A model generated the notes under the pieces. The model did not search any database and had not been told where the DNA came from. It saw nothing but the letters and a program-made list of their open reading frames with translations. The translations under genes and the position numbers were made by a program. Below are positions 15,201 to 23,700 of a DNA stretch of 24,205 nt, piece by piece; position 1 is the stretch's first letter, and each line of letters opens with the position of its first letter. Source of the stretch: Candidatus Nanohaloarchaea archaeon (lineage in GTDB: Archaea; Nanohalarchaeota; Nanosalinia; Nanosalinales; Nanosalinaceae); NCBI GenBank assembly GCA_042218325.1, contig JBDGRE010000022.1:1-24205 (forward strand). The letters are read 5' to 3'.

Positions 15201-17151
15201 AGAAGTAGGTGAAATCTCCGCATTCAGGGCATCGGTTGTGGACTATGCTCTGCCTGACCGTCTCCTTTTTGTACGACTCGGCGAGGTTGCGCATCCTTCC
15301 GCCCTCTTCGCGGCCGCACGGGAACAGCAGCTGGGGCCGGCCTTCCAGCGTCCGCTTCTCGGCCTTCTCCGGCCTTCCCATCCGGGCGCCGATGTAGTGG
15401 GGAGCTTGAGGATTCAGCTTGTAGCCCGAGACCTCCTCAAGGTAATCAAGTATCTCGTCGCTGTCATCGATATCTGGCTCCCTCGCTCCTTCCAGCATCT
15501 CGAGCAGCACTTCCATGTCGGCCTCCTCCACCTTTATCTCACCGTCCTCGACCCGGTGCTCCAGCAGGATGTCCTCGAGGCACTTCTTCACCTGGTCGCC
15601 CTCGAGGCTCCCGGAGTTGACCGCCTCGTGCAGGGCCTCGAACCTGTCAGGAGTGGTCTCGTCCCAGTGGTACGTCCAGCACGGATGCAGCGGTATATCC
15701 AGCTTGTCCGATATCTTGAACGCCTCGCCGGGTGTGGGAGCGCGGTCGGAGAAGTCGCGGCCCAGCTTTACGTCTTTATCCTGGAGCGCAGCCTCGAGAT
15801 CTTTCTCCCACCACTCCTCAACGTAGGGCGACGGCAGAAGTCTCTTGCCGTTCTCCACGAACTCGCCGTACGTAACCAGTATGTCGCCGAGGAAAAGTAT
15901 CTCTTCGATGTCGTGCTCCTTCTCGCGGGCCTCCTCCCGTGTCTCCAGCTCCACGACGTCGCCGTTCTTCATCCGCACCACCGGGGGATGGAGGGCGTCG
16001 CATGGAGTCCCGACCGTTGCCTTTCCCGGGTGCTCGACCTTGAGCTGCGTGCCGATGGACAGGAAACGCTCCGTCACCTCCATCGTGGCAGGATGGAAAG
16101 AAGTGGCGGCGAGCCCGTTCGCCCGGGAGTGGCCGTATCTTAGCCGGAAACCGCCTTTCTCCCCGGGATGGCCCAATACAGGGCGGCCCGCGGTTATGGA
16201 GCCGAGGTACTTGTCGCCCGGGGTGTACTTCGTCTCCTCCTCTCCTTCCTCGTCGCCTCCCGATGAGTGGAGCTCTTCCTGGAGCTCAAGGTAGTCCTCT
16301 ACCCATTTCCAGTGCTCGAGCCCGAACTCCTCGCCCCAGGACTCTATGCGTTTCTTTATCTTCGGTGCCTTGAGTGGCAGGCCGTCGAGGTAGACGAGGC
16401 ACATACCGCCTCTTATCTGGTTCGTATCTATCCTTTCGAGGTCCTTGTAGTTGGAGACCTCTATCTGCTCCGTCGGGCTGCCCGTGACCTCCACAGGCAC
16501 GTTCTCCGCGATCATCTCGGTCTCCTCCCTCTCGGGGTAGTACTGCTTCGCCGTGACCCGGTTGTAGTAGTCGTCGACCTCCGTCGCGTACCTCTTGACT
16601 ATGGTCTCCGACGGCTTGAACCTGTCGAGCCCGACGTTCTTCCGCACATAGTCCGCGAGCAGAACGCTCATGGCAGAGGCGGTTCCTCCCGCGGAGCGGA
16701 TGGGTCCGGAGTAGTACATCGCCAGGTAGTCGGTTCCGTCGTCGTTCTCACGTATCTTCACGTCGCCGATACCCTCGAGCGGAGCGGTGGTGATGCCGCC
16801 CGTCATGTAGGAGGCACCGACACGGATGCCAGCGTCACACGCCCGCTCCAGCTCGTCGAACTCGTAAAAATCGCCCGAGGCGATCTCCCTCGCGATCTCG
16901 AACGATACACGCTCGTCGTTCTTGCCGTACTCTTCCTCGAGTTCACGTATCCGGGCCGCGACTCCCTGGTCCTCGAGCTCCGGGAACTTCGCCGCGATGA
17001 CGAGCGACGAGGCCTTCTCCGACAGGTCCTCCGCACGCGGGATATCGACACGGGCCTCGGGATCCTTCGACTGCTCTCGAGCCTCTTCGGCTATATCGTA
17101 CGCCTTATCGGTTTCCTCCCTCAGCCGCTCGAAGTAGTCCTCAGTTTCCAT
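12274..17151 (-). CDS. polC: DNA polymerase D large subunit DP2 (intein-containing; about 1151 aa after splicing)
   Basis: 'TAPLEGI', 'YYSGPIRSAGGTA', 'GGFRLRYG', 'IGARMGRPEKA', 'LAPHTSGG', catalytic 'CDGDED', 'MDAPL', Zn-finger clusters. RBS GAGGTGA at 17168-17162. Confidence 0.97.
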   Translation of the reverse strand: METEDYFERLREETDKAYDIAEEAREQSKDPEARVDIPRAEDLSEKASSLVIAAKFPELEDQGVAARIRELEEEYGKNDERVSFEIAREIASGDFYEFDELERACDAGIRVGASYMTGGITTAPLEGIGDVKIRENDDGTDYLAMYYSGPIRSAGGTASAMSVLLADYVRKNVGLDRFKPSETIVKRYATEVDDYYNRVTAKQYYPEREETEMIAENVPVEVTGSPTEQIEVSNYKDLERIDTNQIRGGMCLVYLDGLPLKAPKIKKRIESWGEEFGLEHWKWVEDYLELQEELHSSGGDEEGEEETKYTPGDKYLGSITAGRPVLGHPGEKGGFRLRYGHSRANGLAATSFHPATMEVTERFLSIGTQLKVEHPGKATVGTPCDALHPPVVRMKNGDVVELETREEAREKEHDIEEILFLGDILVTYGEFVENGKRLLPSPYVEEWWEKDLEAALQDKDVKLGRDFSDRAPTPGEAFKISDKLDIPLHPCWTYHWDETTPDRFEALHEAVNSGSLEGDQVKKCLEDILLEHRVEDGEIKVEEADMEVLLEMLEGAREPDIDDSDEILDYLEEVSGYKLNPQAPHYIGARMGRPEKAEKRTLEGRPQLLFPCGREEGGRMRNLAESYKKETVRQSIVHNRCPECGDFTYFSYCVSCDVPAEEVWFCSDCGKQFDEEQEKCGSCGNEYFNRHRETDIEVKQLLDEAMENVDMRLPELLKSPRGMSGEHRHVEPIEKGLIRQKYGLYVNKDGTVRYDATDLPMTHFRPEEISVPVEKLQELGYEEDVDGEPLERSDQVVALKPQDIVIPDSENTLPASDYLVNVAKFVDGTLEKLYGLEPYYDVESKEDLVGELVIGLAPHTSGGTVGRIIGFTDAKGIYAHPYWHAGKRRNCMPGDSEVKMADGSCSTLRELFDGAEGEAEADSAGTIEKEIDRQVVTVDTTEVTTAKASKVIKTPAQDHKIEFETRSGRKIEVFPDHRMKTASGVKRARELGEGDKLFTPLEVDVEVEDRDTLNLANQLSGSRRIMVRGAEEKVDSAIDELGGLKTAANKLSVPKKSLGNYRYRGSISLDLYRTLMEKSSLDNGIPDEAGIAAKADTVELDTEIELDTDFMRLLGFYLAEGYTRKSEKEGKEFYQVCLSFGEKELKKDIRDAIHQTFDIEPGEQDHTLVISSRLVYELFESLGLGSGAHEKRVPDFVKRLPEEKVAEMLSAYFAGDGSVEKGRLHVQATSVSRELLDDIDFLLKRFGIYARYSQSEREAGGILVDKYGEEHYQGRTFVSNKLHIRSSHAVNFGKEIGFTLERKQETLENDYSIEGQTREKREGQLVKEEIREIEVKKSDDRFMYDIEVEGTHNFVTKDNIVTQNCDGDEDAILLLMDGLLNFSRQFLPDMTGARTMDAPLILSTVLNPDEVDDEAWAIETVDEYPRSFYEETYDYRYPWELETEIEIGEDIVHSEEPFRHGYTHETSSVENGPNQSEYVTLDEMSEKTQQQLGLGRRIKAVDEDDVAGLLLKKHFIPDIKGNLRSFSSQEMRCNDCNTKYRRVPMTAQTIAPTGKTTAECPECGGKILLTISEGTIKKYLEPSRKIIENFEVSPYVRQQILILKDTLQSLFGKDKRQTGIKQFTA
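13060..14481 (-). mobile_element. Intein with LAGLIDADG homing endonuclease (474 aa) in DP2
   Basis: Inserted between HAGKRRN and CDGDED. Starts 'CMPGDSEV'; block B 'IEVFPDHRM'; LAGLIDADG blocks 'LLGFYLAEG' and 'MLSAYFAGDGS'; block F 'MYDIEVEGTHNFV'; ends 'VTQN' before Cys+1. Visibly more AT-rich than the exteins. Confidence 0.95.
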
Positions 17152-17208
17152 AACTATACAGTCACCTCAAGTGAACCGGTGGCTGATGTAGGGTTCCAAG
17201 AACCCTGA

Positions 17209-17237
17209 CCTGATGATGAAACTTTCAGAAGTCTCAT
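17209..17237. repeat. Distant copy of the GAAAC hairpin repeat between DP1 and DP2
   Basis: TGATGAAACTTTCAGAAGTCTC (17214-17235) matches the reverse complement of 9696-9717 at 20/22 nt. CCTGATGATGAAACT matches 9796-9810 at 14/15 nt. Confidence 0.65.
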
Positions 17238-17238
17238 T

Positions 17239-18888
17239 CTAGAATTTCTTCACCTCGGTGTTTCTTGTCTTGTAGTCTACGAATGTTACGAGGCCGGGCT
17301 GGGGCTCGTGGCCGACGCGTTTCTGGAAGTCGGTCTGCTGCTGGAACGTCGAGGCGCAGATGACGTTGACGCCTTTGTAGCTCTCGTTCGCGTGGCTGTG
17401 GAAGTGGCCGCTCGCGAGGATGTCCGGCTTCCTGACGATGACGAGGTGGTCCTCCTCCTCTGGCGACAGGAGGTTGGAGCCGTAGGTCGGCGCGAGATGC
17501 CGCCGCTTCAGCAGGTCTATCATGACGTGGTGCGGGTCGTCGTACGCCTTCTCCCGCAGCTCCTGTATCTGGTCGACGTGGTCGTCGAAGCTGTAGCCGT
17601 GGTAAATCAGGTTCATTATGCCCTTGCTCCTGATGCCGTGCAGGCGGACGTACTGCGGGTTCTGGACCAGATGGACGTTTTCCCACTGGCTCATGTTCGG
17701 CAGCGCCTTTTCAGGTAATGCGGGCTGGGGCTCGGCGAGCCTCACGACATCGTGGTTCCCCGGCCCGATTATGATTTCAAGGTCGTCGGGCAGCTTCTCC
17801 GCCCACTCCTCGAACCGAGCGTACTGCCTGTAGATATCCGTTATCTCGAGCTCTTCTTCCTGGCCAGGGTATGTCCCGACACCTTCGACGATGTCGCCCG
17901 GGATTACGAGGTAGCCGACCTTCTTCGCCTCGTCGCTGTTGAGCCAGCGGGCGAACTTGTCCATCCGGTCGTACATCGTATCCTTCGAGCCGACGTGGAA
18001 GTCGGATATGTACGCCGCTTTAACTTTCTCGCTGGTGGTGTTGACGCCGTCCGGTATCGGCAGGTCGGGCCGGACGACAGAGTTTGCGAATATTATGTCT
18101 TCTCCCATCGAACCACGGACGCCTATGACCTCGTCGGGAACTATGCGGTCCCCGTCTCTCTCATCGATCAGCGCCTTGAAGGTGCCGGTCTTGTCCTCCA
18201 GCTCGATGATGTACTTCCCGCTACGGGTGGAGTATTTGTCCTTCACCAGGCCGACGGTGGCGGCCTCCTCGCCCTCGTCACGGCGGTCCAGCCGCTGGAT
18301 GCTGACTGCGGACTTCATCTCCATCCGCTGCATCAGTATCTTCTTCATCCTGTCGTATCGGTCGTTGTAGTACTGCAGGAACTCCGGCACATCTTTATCC
18401 TCCTTCGAGATATCCGCCTGGTCGAGCACCTCGACCTTGGTCCGGAGGTCCCGGGAACCTGTGTCTCTCATAGTTGAGGCCGGCCGCTGGACGTCCTGGT
18501 CCACGTCGCCCGGGTTCGGATCCTGGGCGGGGCTTCCTTCACCCTCATCGACACCAGTGTCAGCGGCTGCATCTGTTTCCCCTGTCGCGTCCTCTTCTTC
18601 CGTGTCCCCGACGTTGCTGTCGTCTACGGCGGCCTCTATCTCACCGGGGACCTGTTCCCTGTCTTTCTTCACCATGAGTTTCTGGTCACCGCTCTCCACC
18701 TCTGTCATCTGCTCCTGCAGCTTCTCGTGGTCCTCCCGGAGCCGTGAAAGCATCGGCTCCGTGATGTACATCGGCGGAGAATCAAGGGCCTCTATACGCT
18801 CGAGGTCCTGCTCTGTTATCTTTTCTGCAGCATCTTTTTCTACGATGCAACCCTTCTGTGTTAGCTGTTTTACTGCTTTCTCGTTCAA
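17239..18888 (-). CDS. polB: DNA polymerase D small subunit DP1 (proofreading exonuclease)
   Basis: OB fold 'IIELEDKTG' and metallophosphoesterase motifs 'ISDFHVGS', 'GDIVEGVGTYPGQ', 'PGNHD', 'YHGYS', 'RRHLAPTYG', 'GHFH'. TTG start after GGGAGGGT. Confidence 0.95.
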   Translation of the reverse strand: MNEKAVKQLTQKGCIVEKDAAEKITEQDLERIEALDSPPMYITEPMLSRLREDHEKLQEQMTEVESGDQKLMVKKDREQVPGEIEAAVDDSNVGDTEEEDATGETDAAADTGVDEGEGSPAQDPNPGDVDQDVQRPASTMRDTGSRDLRTKVEVLDQADISKEDKDVPEFLQYYNDRYDRMKKILMQRMEMKSAVSIQRLDRRDEGEEAATVGLVKDKYSTRSGKYIIELEDKTGTFKALIDERDGDRIVPDEVIGVRGSMGEDIIFANSVVRPDLPIPDGVNTTSEKVKAAYISDFHVGSKDTMYDRMDKFARWLNSDEAKKVGYLVIPGDIVEGVGTYPGQEEELEITDIYRQYARFEEWAEKLPDDLEIIIGPGNHDVVRLAEPQPALPEKALPNMSQWENVHLVQNPQYVRLHGIRSKGIMNLIYHGYSFDDHVDQIQELREKAYDDPHHVMIDLLKRRHLAPTYGSNLLSPEEEDHLVIVRKPDILASGHFHSHANESYKGVNVICASTFQQQTDFQKRVGHEPQPGLVTFVDYKTRNTEVKKF

Positions 18889-18909
18889 TCCTACCCTCCC
18901 CCTGGAGGC

Positions 18910-20145
18910 CTATATGTAGAACTTGTCTTCCACCATCTCGCGGAGACGCGCCCTGATATCCTCCGACAGGTCAACGCTTATCTGCCTTGTCCTGCCGTGG
19001 CGTCCCTTCGAGATGACCTTGCCGTTGATGACCCCGAGCATGTCGAGCTCGGAGATGAGACCAGATACCCGGCGCTGTGTCAGCTCGGATACATCTATCT
19101 CGCCGCAGATCTCCTTGTACTTCGAGTAGACGTCGCCGGTGGCCACCTCTTCCTCCTCTTCAGCTATCTCAAGTATGGTGTAAAGCACGAGCTTTGAGTG
19201 TTTCGGCTGCGACCGAACCGTCTCGACTATCCTGTCGCGCTCTATCTTGTCCTGTGCCCTGTCAACGTGCGACTTCGTGACGCTCTCCTGCTCCGACCGC
19301 TCCGCAAGCTCGCCAGCGACCCTTATCAGGTCGAGGGCTCTGCGGGCGTCGCCGTGCTCCTGTGCGGCGAGGGCTGAGCACTTGGATATCACGCCGTCCT
19401 CGAGCGCCTCTTCAGCGAAGCCTGTATCAGCCCGCGACTTCAGTATCTCTCTTAACTCGAGTGCGTCGTAAGGCGGGAATATTATCTCCTCCTCGGACAG
19501 CGACGACTTGACCCTGGAATCCATGTACTCTGTGAAGTTGAGGTCGTTGGATATACCGAGGATGGAGACCTTGGTCTGCTCGAGGTCGTCGTTGATACGT
19601 GTAAGGTTGTAGAGGAACTCGTCACCCACCTTCTTCACCAGCGCGTCGATCTCGTCGAGCGCTATTATCACGACGCCCTCCTGGTCCTGCAGCACATCGA
19701 AGAAACGGGAGTATACCTCGTCCGTCGGGAGGCCCGTCGAGGGGACCTCCTCGCCGAGCTGTCGGGTAAGCTTCGCGAGCAGCCTGTACTCGGTGTCAGC
19801 TACCTTCTTCATCTTGCAGTTTATGTAAACTATGTTGAGGTCGACCTCCTCCTCGTGTGCCACAGTCCGGAGCTCTTCCGTAACATGCTTCGTGATAAGC
19901 GTCTTCCCGGTACCGACCGAGCCGTAGATGAAGACGTTGCTCGGGTCGTCACCCTTCAGCGCCGGGGCCAGTATCGAGGCAAGGTCATTGATCTGCTGGT
20001 CACGGTGGAGTATGTTCTCTGGTTTCCAGTTGGTGGTAAGAGCCTCCTTGTTCCTGAAGACCGTGTCCTGGTGTATGTAGTTCGAGAACTTGGACTTGAG
20101 TCCCGCACCCGCTACCGAAACTTTTCCCCCCTCATCATCTGCCAT
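18910..20145 (-). CDS. cdc6: Orc1/Cdc6 replication initiator
   Basis: Walker A 'GSVGTGKT', Walker B 'IALDEID', 'ISND', 'GDARRALDL', C-terminal winged helix 'ISELDMLGVI...GRHGRTR'. Confidence 0.97.
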   Translation of the reverse strand: MADDEGGKVSVAGAGLKSKFSNYIHQDTVFRNKEALTTNWKPENILHRDQQINDLASILAPALKGDDPSNVFIYGSVGTGKTLITKHVTEELRTVAHEEEVDLNIVYINCKMKKVADTEYRLLAKLTRQLGEEVPSTGLPTDEVYSRFFDVLQDQEGVVIIALDEIDALVKKVGDEFLYNLTRINDDLEQTKVSILGISNDLNFTEYMDSRVKSSLSEEEIIFPPYDALELREILKSRADTGFAEEALEDGVISKCSALAAQEHGDARRALDLIRVAGELAERSEQESVTKSHVDRAQDKIERDRIVETVRSQPKHSKLVLYTILEIAEEEEEVATGDVYSKYKEICGEIDVSELTQRRVSGLISELDMLGVINGKVISKGRHGRTRQISVDLSEDIRARLREMVEDKFYI

Positions 20146-20159
20146 ATTATCGCCGTGTG

Positions 20160-20470
20160 AACTTCACTTGAAATCAAGGTTTAAAATACTACTCCAGATG
20201 AAGCCGGGGTACCTGAACCCCCACCCCCTGATTTCGACTGGAAATATGGTAAAACAACAACCCCACCGCTATAACACTGTTATATATTATAGATGTGTTA
20301 TAACGTAAGAATCCAGCACGCTCAGACGTCTCCACTCGAAATAAGGGGGGTCGGTTACCGGCTCGATCTTTCTACCTCTTGCGAAAGGCTCTGACCTCTC
20401 TCGACCACCTCTGTTTCGTCTGGATGTGGCCAGGAGCCGATTAGCCACCCCTTTGTTTCGTGTGGAGATT
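20160..20470. other. Replication origin (oriC): ORB boxes plus DNA unwinding element
   Basis: ORB-like TCCA-NNN-GAAA-N(3-4)-G-string elements at 20163-20179 (+, weak), 20193-20209 (+, weak), 20224-20243 (-), 20331-20350 (+), 20405-20424 (-) and 20447-20466 (-). AT-rich tract at about 20245-20312. Directly upstream of cdc6. Confidence 0.88.
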
Positions 20471-20562
20471 GTTCAAACAATCAGAACTTAGTGAACCTGT
20501 TTCCCGGCCGGGCCGTGGCAACACTGGCTGATTTAAGTCTTTCCATCGACTGCTCTCACATA

Positions 20563-20718
20563 GTGAGTCACGGCGGATCAGGAACCGAAAGTGAGTACGC
20601 GCCTACCGATTTCCAGAAGACCGCGGCCAGCATAGTCGCAAGTATGATACTCGCGGTGGGCCAGGTCGTCTATTCCGTGTTCCGTTTCGTCTTCAGCATC
20701 CTGGCCTCACTTGCCTGA
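20563..20718 (+). CDS. Putative 51-aa small membrane protein
   Basis: GTG about 30 nt after TTTAAG (20532-20537). Polar N-terminus, then hydrophobic 'AASIVASMILAVGQVVYSVFRFVFSILASLA'. Overlaps the convergent gene by 49 nt. Confidence 0.45.
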   Translation: MSHGGSGTESEYAPTDFQKTAASIVASMILAVGQVVYSVFRFVFSILASLA

Positions 20719-23700
20719 TACCTCTCTTCCAGATTCTCTATCTCTTTCCTCAATAACTCGAGCTTCTTATCCGGGTCGTCGGGAGCAACTCCATAGGTCC
20801 TTTCCTTGGTTCTACCGTCTCTTGTAACCTGAACATACCTTCCCCGATCTGTCATGACCTTTCTCAGGACTGTTTCCGGGTTCTTTTTGATAGAGGCCCT
20901 GAAGGTCCGGGTGTCGAGGATGGATATCCTGTGAGTGGAGTTGACCGTGTAGCTGGCGTATCCTTTCTGGGTATCGAGCCGGACACTGCGACCGGAATGA
21001 CTCCTGCTGACCGAGAAATCCGTACCTGGCGAAGACAGGCTCTGTGCGAGCTTTGCCGGGGTCATGATACTTTTGATGTCTGTAGCAGGTCTTACCACAA
21101 GTTCGTCCTGGCTCCCGGCGACCTCGACCTCCGCTTCACCGGTCGCTATACCTGTGACCTCCCATGAAACCTGTTTCGAGGAGTGCGGTCCTATTTCCAC
21201 CTCCTTCGACGGCCTTTCAAGGAACCCGAGCTGTAGATTCTCGGACATTGAGATCTCGGCGGTCCGGGTGACGCTGAAGCTGTTCGGGTTCTCCAACACG
21301 ACCCTGACCTCTCTTACCGAGCCCAGGTGGATGTCCGGCGAGAAGACGACGGTTTCTATATCTTGTGGAACCCTGATTTCTTTCTCTGCGCGCGCAAGCA
21401 CATCTTTCTGGTATATATAGGCCTCGACATCATGGACGCCGGAGTTTAAGTTCTTGAGAACGATTCTGTTCTTCCCCTTTTCCAGCTGGACTGGCTTCGA
21501 GCCACGCTCTCTGTCTATGGAGTAGGCAAGGCTCACGTTTCTCTGCTTGCTGGAGAAAACATTTGCGACTATACTCCCACCATCCCGCTCCAGTTCGACC
21601 GTCACAGGGCTCCTGTACCTCACAGTTGTCGAGCCCTGCTCCAGTATCCTCGAGCTGTTTTCGCCGTACTGGATAGCGGCCTGGACGTACTCGAGCCGCG
21701 AGCTGTTCAACCTGTAAAGTTTCCCCGGGAACTTCCCGCGGTCGATACTCCTGTTCTCGAAACTACCGGAATGAGAGAGCAGGTGGTTCCGGCTACGGGC
21801 CACACCGCTCACGTTCCGGTAGCTGTAGCTGACGTCTGACGAGATTACTTCAGCCCGGTCTGGAAGCTCGTGGGAGTAGCTGTATAACGGCGTTATAGGA
21901 GCCAGGCCTTTAACCAGGTAGTCCGTGGCATTAAAGACGAACTGCTTCTTCCCGTCTTGTTTTATTACCTTCGGTCCAGGATCTATCCTCACCTCTATCT
22001 CGCATACTCCTTCTTCGCACGCCCGGGATGTGTTGAGCTCCGGCTTTTCCACAGGGTCCTTTGGCATCTCTGGATTACCGTAGAGCGAGAGCGACTTCTC
22101 CATCTTTTCTCGCACACCAGTCCTGTATGCGGAGGCCGGGTTGTACACGATGAACGCGGACCTGAGGTCGTTGACCGATTCCTTCAGGCTCTCACCCAGC
22201 GTGTTTCCGTGACGGAAGAAACGCCTCGAGATGTAGGACGTGTAGGCCTCGTAGCTCACCGAGCTGAACCCGAGGTATGAGGAAGCGCCGTTTTCCAGGA
22301 AAGCTCTCTTCAGTTCGCTGCTATGCATTCCGGCGTTGATCGAGCTGTCCCATACTATAGACCGGTCTACCTCCGGCAGCTCACCTGCTTTTAGCCTTTC
22401 ACCGCCCGAGTAGCTGTCGTGGACGAACCCTGATCTGTTGTTCGGCATCGTGTAGCCTGTGGAGTTACCGATCAGCTGCAGGTAGATAACGTCTTTCCCC
22501 TGCATCCGGTTCACGAGAGATCTTTTGGTCAGCTCTGGGTGCCGGTCCGGGAGGAAACTGAAAGCGGCCTGCCTCAGCTCCTCTATGGACGCACCATCCG
22601 GGACGTCAATATCTTGCTTGAGAGGCTGCCAGCCACGCCAGTCGAACTCGAGGTAGAGCTGGAGTACCCGCTCCGCGTAGTTCAGACCTCTTACCACGAA
22701 GGCAGCGTTTTTCACTGCCGCGGCCCCGGTCGCTCCCACGTATTTCCCTATCTGGTCCTTTGCTGTCTTGACCTCACCCACGAACAGGTCCATCTTGGTA
22801 GGGAAGCCGAGCAGGTCCGTGATAAGGGCCACAGGTTGAGACCTTTGCTCGACCAACCGCTCGACATCGAAGTCCTGCTTCTTGAGCACATATCCCAGGT
22901 TCTTGACATCCCACATACCGCCACCGAAGGTCGCGAGTATGACCGGCCACCGGGAGTGCAGGTACTCTCCCGCCAGTACAGCCTCCTTGTCCGACTCCCG
23001 CACCAGGGAGCGGTGGTAGACCGCGCTTGCATCTCCGACCTCTGAAGGGTAGCGGCCGACTCCTGCTTCCAGCCTGCCATCGCCGTCCAGGTCGCCGTAG
23101 GCTAAATCGGAGTAGAAGTAGCTGCCATCCTTGCCGTCATCTATCAGGCCTTTCTCCACAGGATCCCTGTAGAGCTTTCGCGGCCCGTCGAGCAGCGAGA
23201 CGTACTTGCCGTCGAAGACGGTGTTCCTGTTCTCACCGATCCTCTCGAACGCCTCCCTGATCTTCCTTTCCAGTTTTATAACGCCGTTATCCGTGTTCCA
23301 GTCCCCTGCATCAAGTTCCTGATTTTGAAGTTCTTCTTCCGAGGGGTAGTCAACTTCCTGCTCGAATTCCACGGGAAGTACACCCTGCCTCACCGCCATG
23401 TAGGCCGCGAGCGTACCCCTGTCCGAGTCCAGGTCCGCGACCGCCACATGGTGCGGGCGGAACTCCTGTACGAACCTCTTCTGCAGCTCATTCACAGAGT
23501 AGTTGGAGAAGTCGCGGTCCGCATCGCTTTCATCGAACGTGAGGGTTGCGTTGTTCTTGGCCGCGAGCGCCGCCACGTAGACGGCTTTCTCCCGCGAACC
23601 GGCGAAGTACTTGGGTTTCGAGATGTTGAAGGCCTCGTTCACGGACTGGACAGACGCCACGCCTGACACGTCTCCCACGCCTACAGGCTCCAGACCTGTC

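Noticed and set aside
17180-17225. Hammerhead core (CUGAUGA..GAAAC) or C/D-box sRNA between DP1 and DP2
   Set aside because: There is no stem II between CUGAUGA and GAAAC, and box order and spacing do not fit a C/D guide. Only a simple hairpin AGGGTTC-CAA-GAACCCT is supported.
18470-18650. Acidic low-complexity stretch in DP1 as an insertion element
   Set aside because: A variable disordered linker after the N-terminal domain is normal for DP1, and there are no intein or repeat signatures.
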